A stretch of 64,000 bases of DNA. Origin: an uncultured Pseudomonadota bacterium (lineage in GTDB: Bacteria; Pseudomonadota; Alphaproteobacteria; JACZXZ01). The DNA is taken from positions 544,001-608,000 of the forward strand of contig CAVVLJ010000020.1 in NCBI GenBank assembly GCA_963749075.1. The letters run 5' to 3'. A program made the translations under genes and the position numbers. Of this stretch, positions 9,615 to 19,278 are shown piece by piece. The notes below the pieces were generated by a model, which ran no database searches, was not told where the DNA came from, and worked only from the letters and a program-made list of their open reading frames with translations. Every line of letters begins with the position of its first letter. The stretch's first letter is position 1.

Positions 9615-10727
9615 TTAGGCAAGCTCATCGAGTGCTGCGAGCACCGCATCGCCCATCCCCTGCGTCGAGACCTGCCGCGCGCCGCTCTCCATAATGTCCG
9701 CCGTGCGGGCACCACCGTCAAGCGCGCGGACGACCGCGGCCTCGACGAGGCGCGCCTCCGCCGGGCGGTGAAGCGACCATTCGAGCGCGAGCGCCAGGCT
9801 CAGGATGGCGCCGAGCGGATTGGCGATGCCGCGCCCTGCGATGTCGGGGGCGCTGCCGTGCACCGGCTCGTAGAGTGCCGGGCGGCGGCCGCCGGGGCCT
9901 ATGGGGCCGAGCGAGGCCGAGGGCAGCATGCCGAGCGAGCCCGCGATCATGGCCGCCGCGTCCGAGAGAAGGTCGCCGAAGAGGTTGTCGGTGAGCAGCA
10001 CGTCGAACTGCCTGGGGGCCCGCACGATCTGCATGGCGCAATTGTCGGCGAGCATGTGGCTCAACTCCACGTCGGCGTACTCGGCATCGTGCAGCGCCTG
10101 TACCACGTCGCGCCACAGCCTGCCCGCCTCCATGACGTTCGCCTTGTCGACCGAGGTCACGCGGCTCTGCCGCCGCTTGGCTAATTCGAAGGCGGTGCGC
10201 GCCACGCGCTCGATCTCGTCGCTCGTGTAGGAATGGGTGTTGATGCCGCGCTTGCGCCCGTCGGGCAGCGTCTCGATGCCGCGCGGCTCGCCGAAATACA
10301 TCCCGCTCGAGAGCTCGCGCACGATGACGAAATCGACGCCCTGCCGCACCGCGGGCTTGAGGCTCGAGGCCTCGGCGAGCGCCGCGAGGCCTACGACGGG
10401 ACGGAGGTTGGCATAGAGGTCGAGGGACTTGCGGATGCGCAAGAGGCTGCCGGACTTCAGCACCTCTGCCGGCAAGGCGGCATTGGCGAGGCTCCCGGTG
10501 GCGCCGAAGAGGATGGCGTCCGCCGCCCGCATGCGCGGCAAGGCCTCCTCGCGGAAGAGCCGGCCGTGGGCCTTGTAAGCAGCGATGCCGTAGAGCTCCT
10601 CCTCGATGTCGGCGGCGAGGCCGCGGTGGGCGATGAGCCATTCGGCCACGCGGCGGGATTGGGCGAGCACCTCGGGCCCGATGCCCTCGCCGGCCATGAT
10701 GAGGAGCGTTGCGCGGTTTGCTGGCAT
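9615..10727 (-). CDS. leuB: 3-isopropylmalate dehydrogenase-family beta-decarboxylating dehydrogenase
   Basis: GEGIGPEV, VDKANV, NLFGDLLSDAAAM, YEPVHGSAPDIAG. Confidence 0.88.
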   Translation of the reverse strand: MPANRATLLIMAGEGIGPEVLAQSRRVAEWLIAHRGLAADIEEELYGIAAYKAHGRLFREEALPRMRAADAILFGATGSLANAALPAEVLKSGSLLRIRKSLDLYANLRPVVGLAALAEASSLKPAVRQGVDFVIVRELSSGMYFGEPRGIETLPDGRKRGINTHSYTSDEIERVARTAFELAKRRQSRVTSVDKANVMEAGRLWRDVVQALHDAEYADVELSHMLADNCAMQIVRAPRQFDVLLTDNLFGDLLSDAAAMIAGSLGMLPSASLGPIGPGGRRPALYEPVHGSAPDIAGRGIANPLGAILSLALALEWSLHRPAEARLVEAAVVRALDGGARTADIMESGARQVSTQGMGDAVLAALDELA

Positions 10728-10949
10728 GTCGGGGCACCCTGCTGCGCGCGGTCGTTGCGGCGTTTCTGCCCGGGAGGAAAGCAGCTCAGAGGGTGGGCGT
10801 CCAGCCATTCCGGGGAGGGGCTGTGAGCGATTTGCGGTTACTATGAGACCTATGCAATGCTCGGGGCTACAGGCGCCGACTGAAGGAGTCGCGTTGGAGG
10901 CTCGGCCCTGTCGCGCTTGGATCCGTGGTGCACGACCCAGGGTATTGAG

Positions 10950-11927
10950 ATGCCCAAAGTAATGATACTTCCGCACTATCACTATGAGAGTGCGTTTGGC
11001 GCATTTCTTAATGCAGCGAACGAGGCACAATCGGATTTCAAATTCTACCTCCTTCCACCAGACGACGAGCCAGAGTCGCTACTGAGGCAGCCTGTCGCAG
11101 ACTATCTTGAGATATTGCAGTTCTTAGAGAGGAAAAAGAAAGGAGTGGGTCTGGGCAATGCGGATCTTCTGATTGCCCTCTACGACGGAGTTATAACTGC
11201 GATGGACCATGGATTGACGAACCTCTTTTTGGCCGGAGCTCACATGGATGACGCGCATCCTTGCACAGCTGTGGCCTCCTTACGCTTCATTGCCTGGGGA
11301 ACCCTAGAGCAGAAATTTGATTATTCGCTCCAGCGGCATGCTTTGTTTCATCTCGTAGTATGCGCATTGATTAGCAGTTATTCGAAGGCGCCCGCCCATC
11401 GGGAAACCTACGGCTGCCTCCTCGATTTCGACAATCGGCTTGACGATTTCAACAGAAAACTTCAAATGGGCTACTACTTGTGTTCTGAGCATCAGAAAGG
11501 ATGCTTCCGTGCCGTCAGTCGGGAGCGCTACGGCCACTCGATTATCAGTCTTTGTTGTGCGCTAAGAGTATCGATCGATCAGAAGCGCCTGAGCATAATT
11601 ATCAAGGAGTTGGTCATGGGTGACAAGTTCGAGGGAATTAGCAACGCTACGATCGTCAACCGATCGCTCGTGGAACATGCATTCAACAAAACAAAAGAGC
11701 GAATCGACGAAAATACGGCGGATGCTCTCCTCTCAATCGCCGAGCAAGTCGAGAAGTCGCAGAATTCGGCGGCAGGCGTGCTATTCGACAGCTTCATGAC
11801 GGAGGTCAAAGAGGAGAAGCCAAACAAATCAAAGCTCCGTCAATGCTGGGAAGGCCTCATTGCCATCTTGCCTGACTTCGTCAGGCTTGCCGATGCAGGT
11901 GCGAAGGTGACCAAGCTCTTCACATAG
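10950..11927 (+). CDS. Low-GC hypothetical protein: degenerate archaemetzincin-like N-terminal domain plus ~100-aa helical C-terminal domain
   Basis: Intact ORF with codon usage unlike its neighbours; AVAS.RF, H....GCLLDF.N..D..RK...LC pattern; fold is inferred. Confidence 0.7.
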   Translation: MPKVMILPHYHYESAFGAFLNAANEAQSDFKFYLLPPDDEPESLLRQPVADYLEILQFLERKKKGVGLGNADLLIALYDGVITAMDHGLTNLFLAGAHMDDAHPCTAVASLRFIAWGTLEQKFDYSLQRHALFHLVVCALISSYSKAPAHRETYGCLLDFDNRLDDFNRKLQMGYYLCSEHQKGCFRAVSRERYGHSIISLCCALRVSIDQKRLSIIIKELVMGDKFEGISNATIVNRSLVEHAFNKTKERIDENTADALLSIAEQVEKSQNSAAGVLFDSFMTEVKEEKPNKSKLRQCWEGLIAILPDFVRLADAGAKVTKLFT

Positions 11928-11933
11928 ATGCCG

Positions 11934-12245
11934 CTAGGCCGAGGACTTGCGGATGCCGAGGAGGCTGCCCGAGGCGCGCACCTCTGCCGGCAAGGCGGCA
12001 TTGGTGAGGCTCCCGGTGGCGCGGAAAAGGATGGCGTCCGCCGCCCGCATGCGCGGCAAGGCCTCCTCGCGCAGGAGCCGGCCGTAGGCCTTGTAGGCAT
12101 CGATGCCGTAGAGCTCCTCCTCGATCGAGACATCGAGCCCGCGGTGTGCCACGAGCCATTCGGCCGCGCGGCGGGATTGGGCCAAGACCTCGGGCCCGAT
12201 GCCCTCGCCGGCCATGATGAGGAGCGTTGCGCGGTTTGCGGCCAT
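11934..12245 (-). pseudogene. Truncated second copy of the leuB 5' end (about 103 codons) with its upstream region
   Basis: MAANRATLLIMAGEGIGPEVLAQS...GSLLGIRKSSA then stop; 11943-12323 is a diverged direct repeat of about 10425-10806. Confidence 0.88.
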
Positions 12246-12642
12246 GTCGGGGCACCCTGCTTCGCCGGTCGTCGCGGCGTTTCTGCGCGGGAGAGAAGCA
12301 GGTCGCGGAACGGGCGTCCAGCCCTCTGCGCCGAGCCGCCGACGGCCTCTCTTGCAGCGAACGCCGAGAGGAACAGTCGGTTGTTGGCGCGGGATCCTTA
12401 GAGTATGATGCCAAGCAATATCTTGACCGAATGAACTTCGGCGGGAGGCTCGGCGGGTCGCGGTGTCGCTCGACGCATCGCCAGGGGTTGCGTCAGCCGT
12501 CGCGGCAATATGAGGCGTCAGTCGGGCGTGCCGCGTGTCCGCTTTCGGGCGAAGGCGGTGCGCGCGAATTAGGCCGACGCCCATCCGCGCGTGGCGGCCG
12601 CCGGGACGTTCATGTGAGCTGTTGACCAGGGGAGGGCTCGCC

Positions 12643-13947
12643 ATGGCTGCCAACGGCAAATCGAAGAACGGGGGGAAGGAATCCCGCTCCCGCGACCTGC
12701 TCACCCGCCGCCGGCTCCTTGGCTGGAGTGCCGGGGGTGCTGCCGCACTCGGCGCGACGATGCTGGCGCCGGCGCCGTGGCGGGCCGCCTTCGGCCAGGC
12801 CAAGCCGTACAAGATCGGCTCGCTGCAGCCGCTTTCCGGCGCCGGCGCCGCAGGTGGCAAGACGGCGCTCGTCGGCATCCAGATGGCGGTGGACCGCATC
12901 AACAAGTCGGGCGGCATCAACGGCCGGCCCGTCGAGCTCATCGTGGAGGACAGCGAGTCCAAGCCCGATGTCGGCCGGCGCAAGGTCGAGAAGCTGGCCG
13001 TCGAGGACAACATCAACGTCCACGTGGGCGGCTTCCTCTCCAACGTGTGCCTGGCCTGCATGCCGGTGTGGGCGGAGCAGAAGATCGTCAACATGATCAG
13101 CGTCTGCCTGGACACCACCATCACCACGAGCAAGTGCGACCGCTACACGTTCCGCACATTCGATTACGCCCCCGCCCAGGCCGTGGCGTTTGCGCCCTAT
13201 CTGGTCAACAAGCTGGGCAAGAAGTGGTACCTGGCCTATGCCGACTACTCCTGGGGCCAGTCGACCAAGGATGCCTACGCGGAGGCGATCAAGAAGGCGG
13301 GCGGCGAGGTCGCCGGCACCATCGGCATCCCGCTCGGAACGGCCAACATGACGCCGTTCCTCTCCAAGATCACCGGCGACTTCGACGGCCTGTTCGGCAT
13401 CTTCTTCGGCAAGGACGGGGTGACCGTCGGCAATCAGGCCTACGACTTGGGCCTGACCAAGAAGTACAGGTGGGCCGGCGACGGCGCCATTGCGGAATCG
13501 ACCAACCTTCCGGCCCTCGGCAACAAGATCGAGGGCTTCATCGGCATCAACCGCTACATCCCGGTTCTCGACCCGCCGCTCGACACGCCCGCGAACAAGA
13601 AATTCTTCGACGAGGCGGTCGCCCGGCTCAAGAAAGTCGATCCCTCCGGCCCGCTGCCCGACCGCTACGTCCAGTCGAACTTCGAGGCCATGAATGCCGC
13701 CAAGCTCGCCATGGAGAAGTCGGGTTTCCGCGGCCGCGAGGACGCGCCGAAGCTGATCGCCGCGCTGGAGGGGCTCGAGATGAAGGAGGGGGACGACTTC
13801 CCCCAGGGCGACAAGACGCTGCGCAAGGAGGACCATCAGGCGTTCCTCCGCGAGTTCATCTTCGACATCAAGGGCGGCAAGCACCACATCCTCGAGGTCG
13901 TCCCGAAAGAGAAAACGATGGTGCCGCCGGCCTGCACCTTCGCCTAA
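12643..13947 (+). CDS. Liv-type ABC substrate-binding protein with Tat signal
   Basis: TRRRLLG Tat motif; KIGSLQPLSG, INKSGGINGRPVEL, YADYSWGQS. Confidence 0.88.
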   Translation: MAANGKSKNGGKESRSRDLLTRRRLLGWSAGGAAALGATMLAPAPWRAAFGQAKPYKIGSLQPLSGAGAAGGKTALVGIQMAVDRINKSGGINGRPVELIVEDSESKPDVGRRKVEKLAVEDNINVHVGGFLSNVCLACMPVWAEQKIVNMISVCLDTTITTSKCDRYTFRTFDYAPAQAVAFAPYLVNKLGKKWYLAYADYSWGQSTKDAYAEAIKKAGGEVAGTIGIPLGTANMTPFLSKITGDFDGLFGIFFGKDGVTVGNQAYDLGLTKKYRWAGDGAIAESTNLPALGNKIEGFIGINRYIPVLDPPLDTPANKKFFDEAVARLKKVDPSGPLPDRYVQSNFEAMNAAKLAMEKSGFRGREDAPKLIAALEGLEMKEGDDFPQGDKTLRKEDHQAFLREFIFDIKGGKHHILEVVPKEKTMVPPACTFA

Positions 13948-13964
13948 GCGGCCGCCGACGCTCG

Positions 13965-14734
13965 ATGATCTCGCCAGCCCGCGCGGCCGAGGAAGGTGCT
14001 GCGGCTCCCGTTCTCCGCACCGAGCGTCTGACGGTCCGCTTCGGCGGCCTGACCGCCCTCAACGCCGTCGACTTCGAAGTGCGGCGCGACGAGATCCGCG
14101 CGATCATCGGACCGAATGGTGCGGGAAAGAGCACTTTCTTCAACTGCCTGACCGGAGTCCTGCGCCCCTCGTCGGGACGCATCCTCTTCAACGGCGAGGA
14201 CATCGCCGGGCTGGCACCCAACCAAATCTCCCGCAAAGGCGTCGCCCGCTCCTATCAGATCACCAACATCCTGCCCAACGCCACCGTGCTCGAGAACGCC
14301 CGCATCGCGGCCCAGTCGCGCCGGCACGGCTGGAGCATGCTGACCCACCACCGCGCCTTCACCAACGTCATCGAGAAAGCCGAGGCGGCACTGGAGGCGG
14401 TCGGGCTGGGAGGCAAGGCGGACGAGCTGGCCGCCAACCTCTCCCACGGCGAGCAGCGCAATCTCGAGATCGGCATCGCCCTCGCGACCGAGCCCCGGCT
14501 CCTTTGCCTGGACGAGCCGACGGCGGGCATGAGCGCCGCCGAGACCCGCGACACCATGGCGCTGGTGCGGCGCATCGCGAGGAACCTGACGATCCTCATC
14601 GTGGAGCACGACATGCAGGTGGTCATGGACTTGGCCCAGCGCATTACGGTGCTCCACTACGGCGCCATCCTGGCGGAGGGGACGCCGGCGGAGATCCAGC
14701 GCAACCCCAAGGTGCTGGAGGTCTACCTCAAGAC

Positions 14735-14738
<4 letters not shown>
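13965..14738 (+). CDS. livG: Liv-type ABC ATP-binding protein
   Basis: FGGLTAL, GPNGAGKST, LSHGEQR, LDEPTAG, VEHDM. Confidence 0.88.
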
Positions 14739-15472
<734 letters not shown>

Positions 15473-15473
15473 C

Positions 15474-16346
15474 GTGCCCATTCCCCTCGAGCAGATCATC
15501 ATCCAGACGGTGAACGGCATCGTCACCGGCATGATCCTGGCGCTGGTCGCCTCCGGACTTACGCTCATCTTCGGCATCATGGACGTGGTGAATTTCGCCC
15601 ATGGCGAGCTCTTCATGCTGGGCGCCTACGTGGGCGTGATCACGCTCGCCGCCACCGGCAGTTTCTGGATTGCGCTCGTGGTCGCCACCCTCGCGATAGC
15701 GCTTCTCGGCGCGCTCATTCATGTGACCACCCTGCGCCCGTTGCTCGGCCGCGATCCCTTGACGACCATCCTCGCCACCTTCGGGGTCTCGCTCGTGCTG
15801 CAGAATTACGCGCTCTGGCAGTTCGGGCCGGTGGCGCGCAAGATTCAGGAGCCCTTCGCCGGCCACTTCACGCTCTTCTACCTCGAATATCCCTGGTACC
15901 GGCTGGTGATCGCCCTGCTCTCGGCCGCCATCATCGGCGGCCTCTGGCTCTTCCTCAAGTTCGGCACCTTCGGCATCTGGATCCGCGCCACGACCCAGGA
16001 CCGCGTCATGGCTCAAGCCATGGGCATCCCCGTGCCGTGGGTCCTCGCCGCCGTCTTCGCCATCGGCTCGGGCATGGCAGGCGCCAGCGGCGTGCTGTTC
16101 GGCCCGCTCGTCGGCGTCAACTACGCCATGGGGCTCGATTGGGTGCTCAAGGCCTTCATCGTCGTCGTGGTCGGCGGCATGGGCAATCTCTGGGGCTCCG
16201 TCGCCGCCGCGATCTTCATCAGCCTGCTCGAATCCTACGCCTCGCTCTGGGTCAGCCCCGCGCAGGCCGTCATCTTCTCCTTCGTGGCGCTGATCCTGAC
16301 CTTGCTCTTCCGCCCCACCGGCCTCTTCGTTCCGACGCCGAAATGA
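15474..16346 (+). CDS. livH: Liv-type ABC permease
   Basis: GLTLIFGIMDVVNFAHGE; KAFIVVVVGGMG. Confidence 0.88.
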   Translation: MPIPLEQIIIQTVNGIVTGMILALVASGLTLIFGIMDVVNFAHGELFMLGAYVGVITLAATGSFWIALVVATLAIALLGALIHVTTLRPLLGRDPLTTILATFGVSLVLQNYALWQFGPVARKIQEPFAGHFTLFYLEYPWYRLVIALLSAAIIGGLWLFLKFGTFGIWIRATTQDRVMAQAMGIPVPWVLAAVFAIGSGMAGASGVLFGPLVGVNYAMGLDWVLKAFIVVVVGGMGNLWGSVAAAIFISLLESYASLWVSPAQAVIFSFVALILTLLFRPTGLFVPTPK

Positions 16347-17296
16347 GCAAGCGCCACGCCGTCGTCTATTGGACGGGGTTTGCCGTCATCGTGGCGCTCC
16401 TGATCGCCGCACCGCTCGTGCTGCCCGAGTTCTGGCGCCGCTTCGTGACCGAGATCCTGATCTGGGGGCTCTTGGCCATGTCCTCGGACATCCTGATCGG
16501 CTACACGGGCATGGTGTCGTTCGGCCACTCGGCCTTCTTCGGCCTCGGCATCTACGGCGCCGCGGCGGCGCTGCTCCTGGTCAAGCCGCCCAGTCTCTGG
16601 CTCGCGATCCCCTGCGGCCTCGTCGCCTCGGCCGCGGTCGCGGCCTTCGTGGCGTATTTCTCGACGCGGCTGCGCGACATCTACTTCGCGATCACGACCT
16701 TGATCTTCTCGCAGATATTCTACGTCGTCATCTTCACCTGGACCGCGGTGACGGGGGGCGAGAACGGGCTCACCTTCAGGCGGCCGGCGCTCGCCATTCC
16801 CGGACTGTTCTCGCTGCCGTTCACCACCGCGACGCTCCATTGGTTCGTGCTCGCGGTGGTCGTGGCGTCCTACCTCATCCTCAGGCGCATCACCCAATCG
16901 CCGTTCGGGATGGTGCTGCAGTCGATCCGCGAGAACGAGGCGCGGACCAGGGCCATCGGTTATGCCGTCGAGCGCTACAAGATCGTGGCCGTGATGCTCT
17001 CAGGCCTGTTCGCCGGGCTGGCCGGCGTGCTCTACGCCGTGCAGAACCAGTTCGCGGCACCCGACTTCGTCTTCTTCCTGGTCTCGGGCGAGGTCGTCAT
17101 CTACAACGTCATGGGCGGCATCGGCACGCTGGTCGGCCCCATCGCGGGTGCCGCGTTCTTCCTCCTTCTGCGCGAGGGGTTCTCGCGCTTCTTCACGGAA
17201 TACTACCTGATCCCGGTCGGGCTCATCTTCATCGCCATGGTGATTTTCATGCCCCAGGGACTGCTCGGCTTCATGAGGCGGTGGCTCAACCGCTAG
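16343..17296 (+). CDS. livM: Liv-type ABC permease
   Basis: GYTGMVSFGHSAFFG, TGGENGL, SPFG...IRENE. Confidence 0.88.
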   Translation: MSKRHAVVYWTGFAVIVALLIAAPLVLPEFWRRFVTEILIWGLLAMSSDILIGYTGMVSFGHSAFFGLGIYGAAAALLLVKPPSLWLAIPCGLVASAAVAAFVAYFSTRLRDIYFAITTLIFSQIFYVVIFTWTAVTGGENGLTFRRPALAIPGLFSLPFTTATLHWFVLAVVVASYLILRRITQSPFGMVLQSIRENEARTRAIGYAVERYKIVAVMLSGLFAGLAGVLYAVQNQFAAPDFVFFLVSGEVVIYNVMGGIGTLVGPIAGAAFFLLLREGFSRFFTEYYLIPVGLIFIAMVIFMPQGLLGFMRRWLNR

Positions 17297-17345
17297 AGCG
17301 TTTCCCGCGCGAGCTGCCGCACGTTTAGGCCCGCCTACAGAGGGC

Positions 17346-18212
17346 TCATGGCTCCGTCCGCGCCGGCTGGAGCTTGGAAATGCACCAGCCCTCGGCATGC
17401 AGCCAGCAGGTCTCGCTCTCCGGGTGCTGGTCGCGGCGCAGCGACTTGATCGACTTGCCGCCATCGCGCGCAAGCGCCGCTCCTAATGGGCGACCGATGT
17501 CGGGGTCGCGCGCACCGCTGAACTCGATGAACCCGACCGTCCTGAGAACGCGCGCCGCAAAGGCCTCGGCGGTCTCGCGGCTGACCAGCAGCATGCCGCC
17601 CCAACGCTCGTCTGTCGTCATCGGAAAGAGAAGCCGGCCGCCCGACCGGAGGGCGTCGAGCCACGCCGGGAGCGGATGGGTAGCACCCGCGCTGGCGACG
17701 ATGCGGTCAACCGGCTCGAATGCCGCGGTCGCCGCATTGACGTTGGTGACGGCCACCTGCGGCCAGGGAGCGAGCGCGACGCGTGCCCGTTCGCAGAGTC
17801 GAGGGTCGATTTCGAACGCCGAGACCCTGCCCCTTGGCCCGACAAGCTCAGCCATGATCGCGGTATAGTAGCCCGTGCCGCAACCGAGGTGCAGCAGATG
17901 CTGACCCGGAGCGATCCCCAATTGGTCGAGCAAGAACGCCCAAAGTTGAGGCTGGCCGTTGTTGATCCCGCGGCTTTCGTCGAGTGCTATGAGCACGTCG
18001 TGGTAGACGGTGCGGGGATCCGCATCGTCGGTCGACCAATATTCGATTTCATCGACATCCATCGGGCTCTTGATTCGCCAAGGTCCCGATCCGACGAACC
18101 GCTCGCGTGCCACCGTCGCAAAGGCCTCGACGACAGCGGGCGAGCGAAGGTGAGCGGTGAAGCGCAATTCCTCCGCGTAGGCGCGGCGCGCGGCTGCAAT
18201 CTCATCGGGCAT
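17346..18212 (-). CDS. pcm: Protein-L-isoaspartate O-methyltransferase family protein
   Basis: AFATVARERF, NNGQP, HLGCGTGYYTA, GGRLLFP. Confidence 0.82.
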   Translation of the reverse strand: MPDEIAAARRAYAEELRFTAHLRSPAVVEAFATVARERFVGSGPWRIKSPMDVDEIEYWSTDDADPRTVYHDVLIALDESRGINNGQPQLWAFLLDQLGIAPGQHLLHLGCGTGYYTAIMAELVGPRGRVSAFEIDPRLCERARVALAPWPQVAVTNVNAATAAFEPVDRIVASAGATHPLPAWLDALRSGGRLLFPMTTDERWGGMLLVSRETAEAFAARVLRTVGFIEFSGARDPDIGRPLGAALARDGGKSIKSLRRDQHPESETCWLHAEGWCISKLQPARTEP

Positions 18213-18277
18213 CACGGTTCCGCCGTCAAGAAAGCCGTCCCCCATTCGAAGAGATGCAGCTAGAGCGCGCCGCCGCC

Positions 18278-18790
18278 TCAACGTACCCAATGGCGCGCGA
18301 GGAGGAGGGCCGTGAGGAAGACCGTGGCATTGTCTTTCCTATGGACCTTCCTCCAGTCGTCGAAGGCCTGTTGAGCCCGGTCAATGTTCTCCAGGACCTC
18401 CGCCCGTCTGAACGTCTGCGCGCCGTCGTAATCGGCATCGCGCCGGATTTCCTGGAGATCGACGAATGCGCGGGCGACGGATGCCAGTTCCGCTTCGAGC
18501 GGTTCGGCGATCAAGGCGCGCACGGCCGGCTTCAGCGCAGACCGTTGCCCTGCGGCAAACTCGATGCACACATTCCGCATGGCCTTGTGATCGAAGGCCC
18601 GCTGCACGCGGAAGCGAAGACCGACGGGTCTGACATCCCTAAGCACGCCAGCGCCGGCCTCGACAAGGAGATGAAAGAGCGCGTAATAGGCGGCCGAGAG
18701 CGCGCGGCGCAGGCTTGCCTGACTAGGCTTGCCGCGCTCTTTCTCGGCCAGATGACGGGCCTGCTCCAGCAAGTCGTCAGCGAGGGCCAC
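18278..18790 (-). CDS. HEPN domain protein (putative RNase toxin)
   Basis: RRALSAAYYALFH and LQEIRRDADYD are HEPN-type motifs. Confidence 0.75.
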   Translation of the reverse strand: MALADDLLEQARHLAEKERGKPSQASLRRALSAAYYALFHLLVEAGAGVLRDVRPVGLRFRVQRAFDHKAMRNVCIEFAAGQRSALKPAVRALIAEPLEAELASVARAFVDLQEIRRDADYDGAQTFRRAEVLENIDRAQQAFDDWRKVHRKDNATVFLTALLLARHWVR

Positions 18791-18802
18791 GATGCGCCCT
18801 CG

Positions 18803-19105
18803 TCAGGCCTGATTGGCGGGAAGCCGCTCGACGAAGCGCACGAAGGGATAGTGCTCGAAGCCTTCGCGCAGGACATCCCGAGAGACCGCGGTATGAAGGG
18901 CACTGAGCTCGGAAATCCATTTCGGCGAGGGATTGTAATCGTCCTTGATCTTGAAGAAGATGCGCACCGCCGGCTCGCCCTCCGAATCCTCGCCGAACTC
19001 GAGCGCGAATTCCTTGATGCCGTGGGCGCGCGCGTGCTTGCGCACGATCGCGCGGATCTTCCGCTCCTCCTGGCTGGACACCGGGCCAACTCGACGGCGC
19101 GCCAT
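18803..19105 (-). CDS. Small hypothetical protein, putative partner or antitoxin of the HEPN protein
   Basis: 100 aa, 12 bp upstream of the HEPN gene; EDSEGEPAVRI and YPFVRF; SD GAGGG. Confidence 0.65.
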   Translation of the reverse strand: MARRRVGPVSSQEERKIRAIVRKHARAHGIKEFALEFGEDSEGEPAVRIFFKIKDDYNPSPKWISELSALHTAVSRDVLREGFEHYPFVRFVERLPANQA

Positions 19106-19278
19106 GGCGGCACCCTCTGTTGCAACGCGGGACGGCAGGGCATTTATAGGATGTTCCGCGGCGGCGGGCCAGCGCCCGCTGCACGGCTTGGCCCCTTCCC
19201 CCACTTTGCCGCCCGGCCGGGCGAGGCTATGCTGGCGCCCGCTCGTGCAGCCTTGCGCGAGGATTTCGGGAGCGGAAC

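Noticed and set aside
7000-9618. Very long alternative-frame or antisense ORFs (for example 7000-9618 +, 25067-27988 -, 37854-39842 +, 50926-53076 -)
   Set aside because: They are shadows of real genes in high-GC DNA where stops are rare. They are Arg/Gly/Ala-rich and have no recognisable motifs.
12324-12642. Long leader upstream of the Liv-type binding protein as a possible riboswitch
   Set aside because: I recognised no conserved aptamer motif by eye. An Rfam search would be needed.
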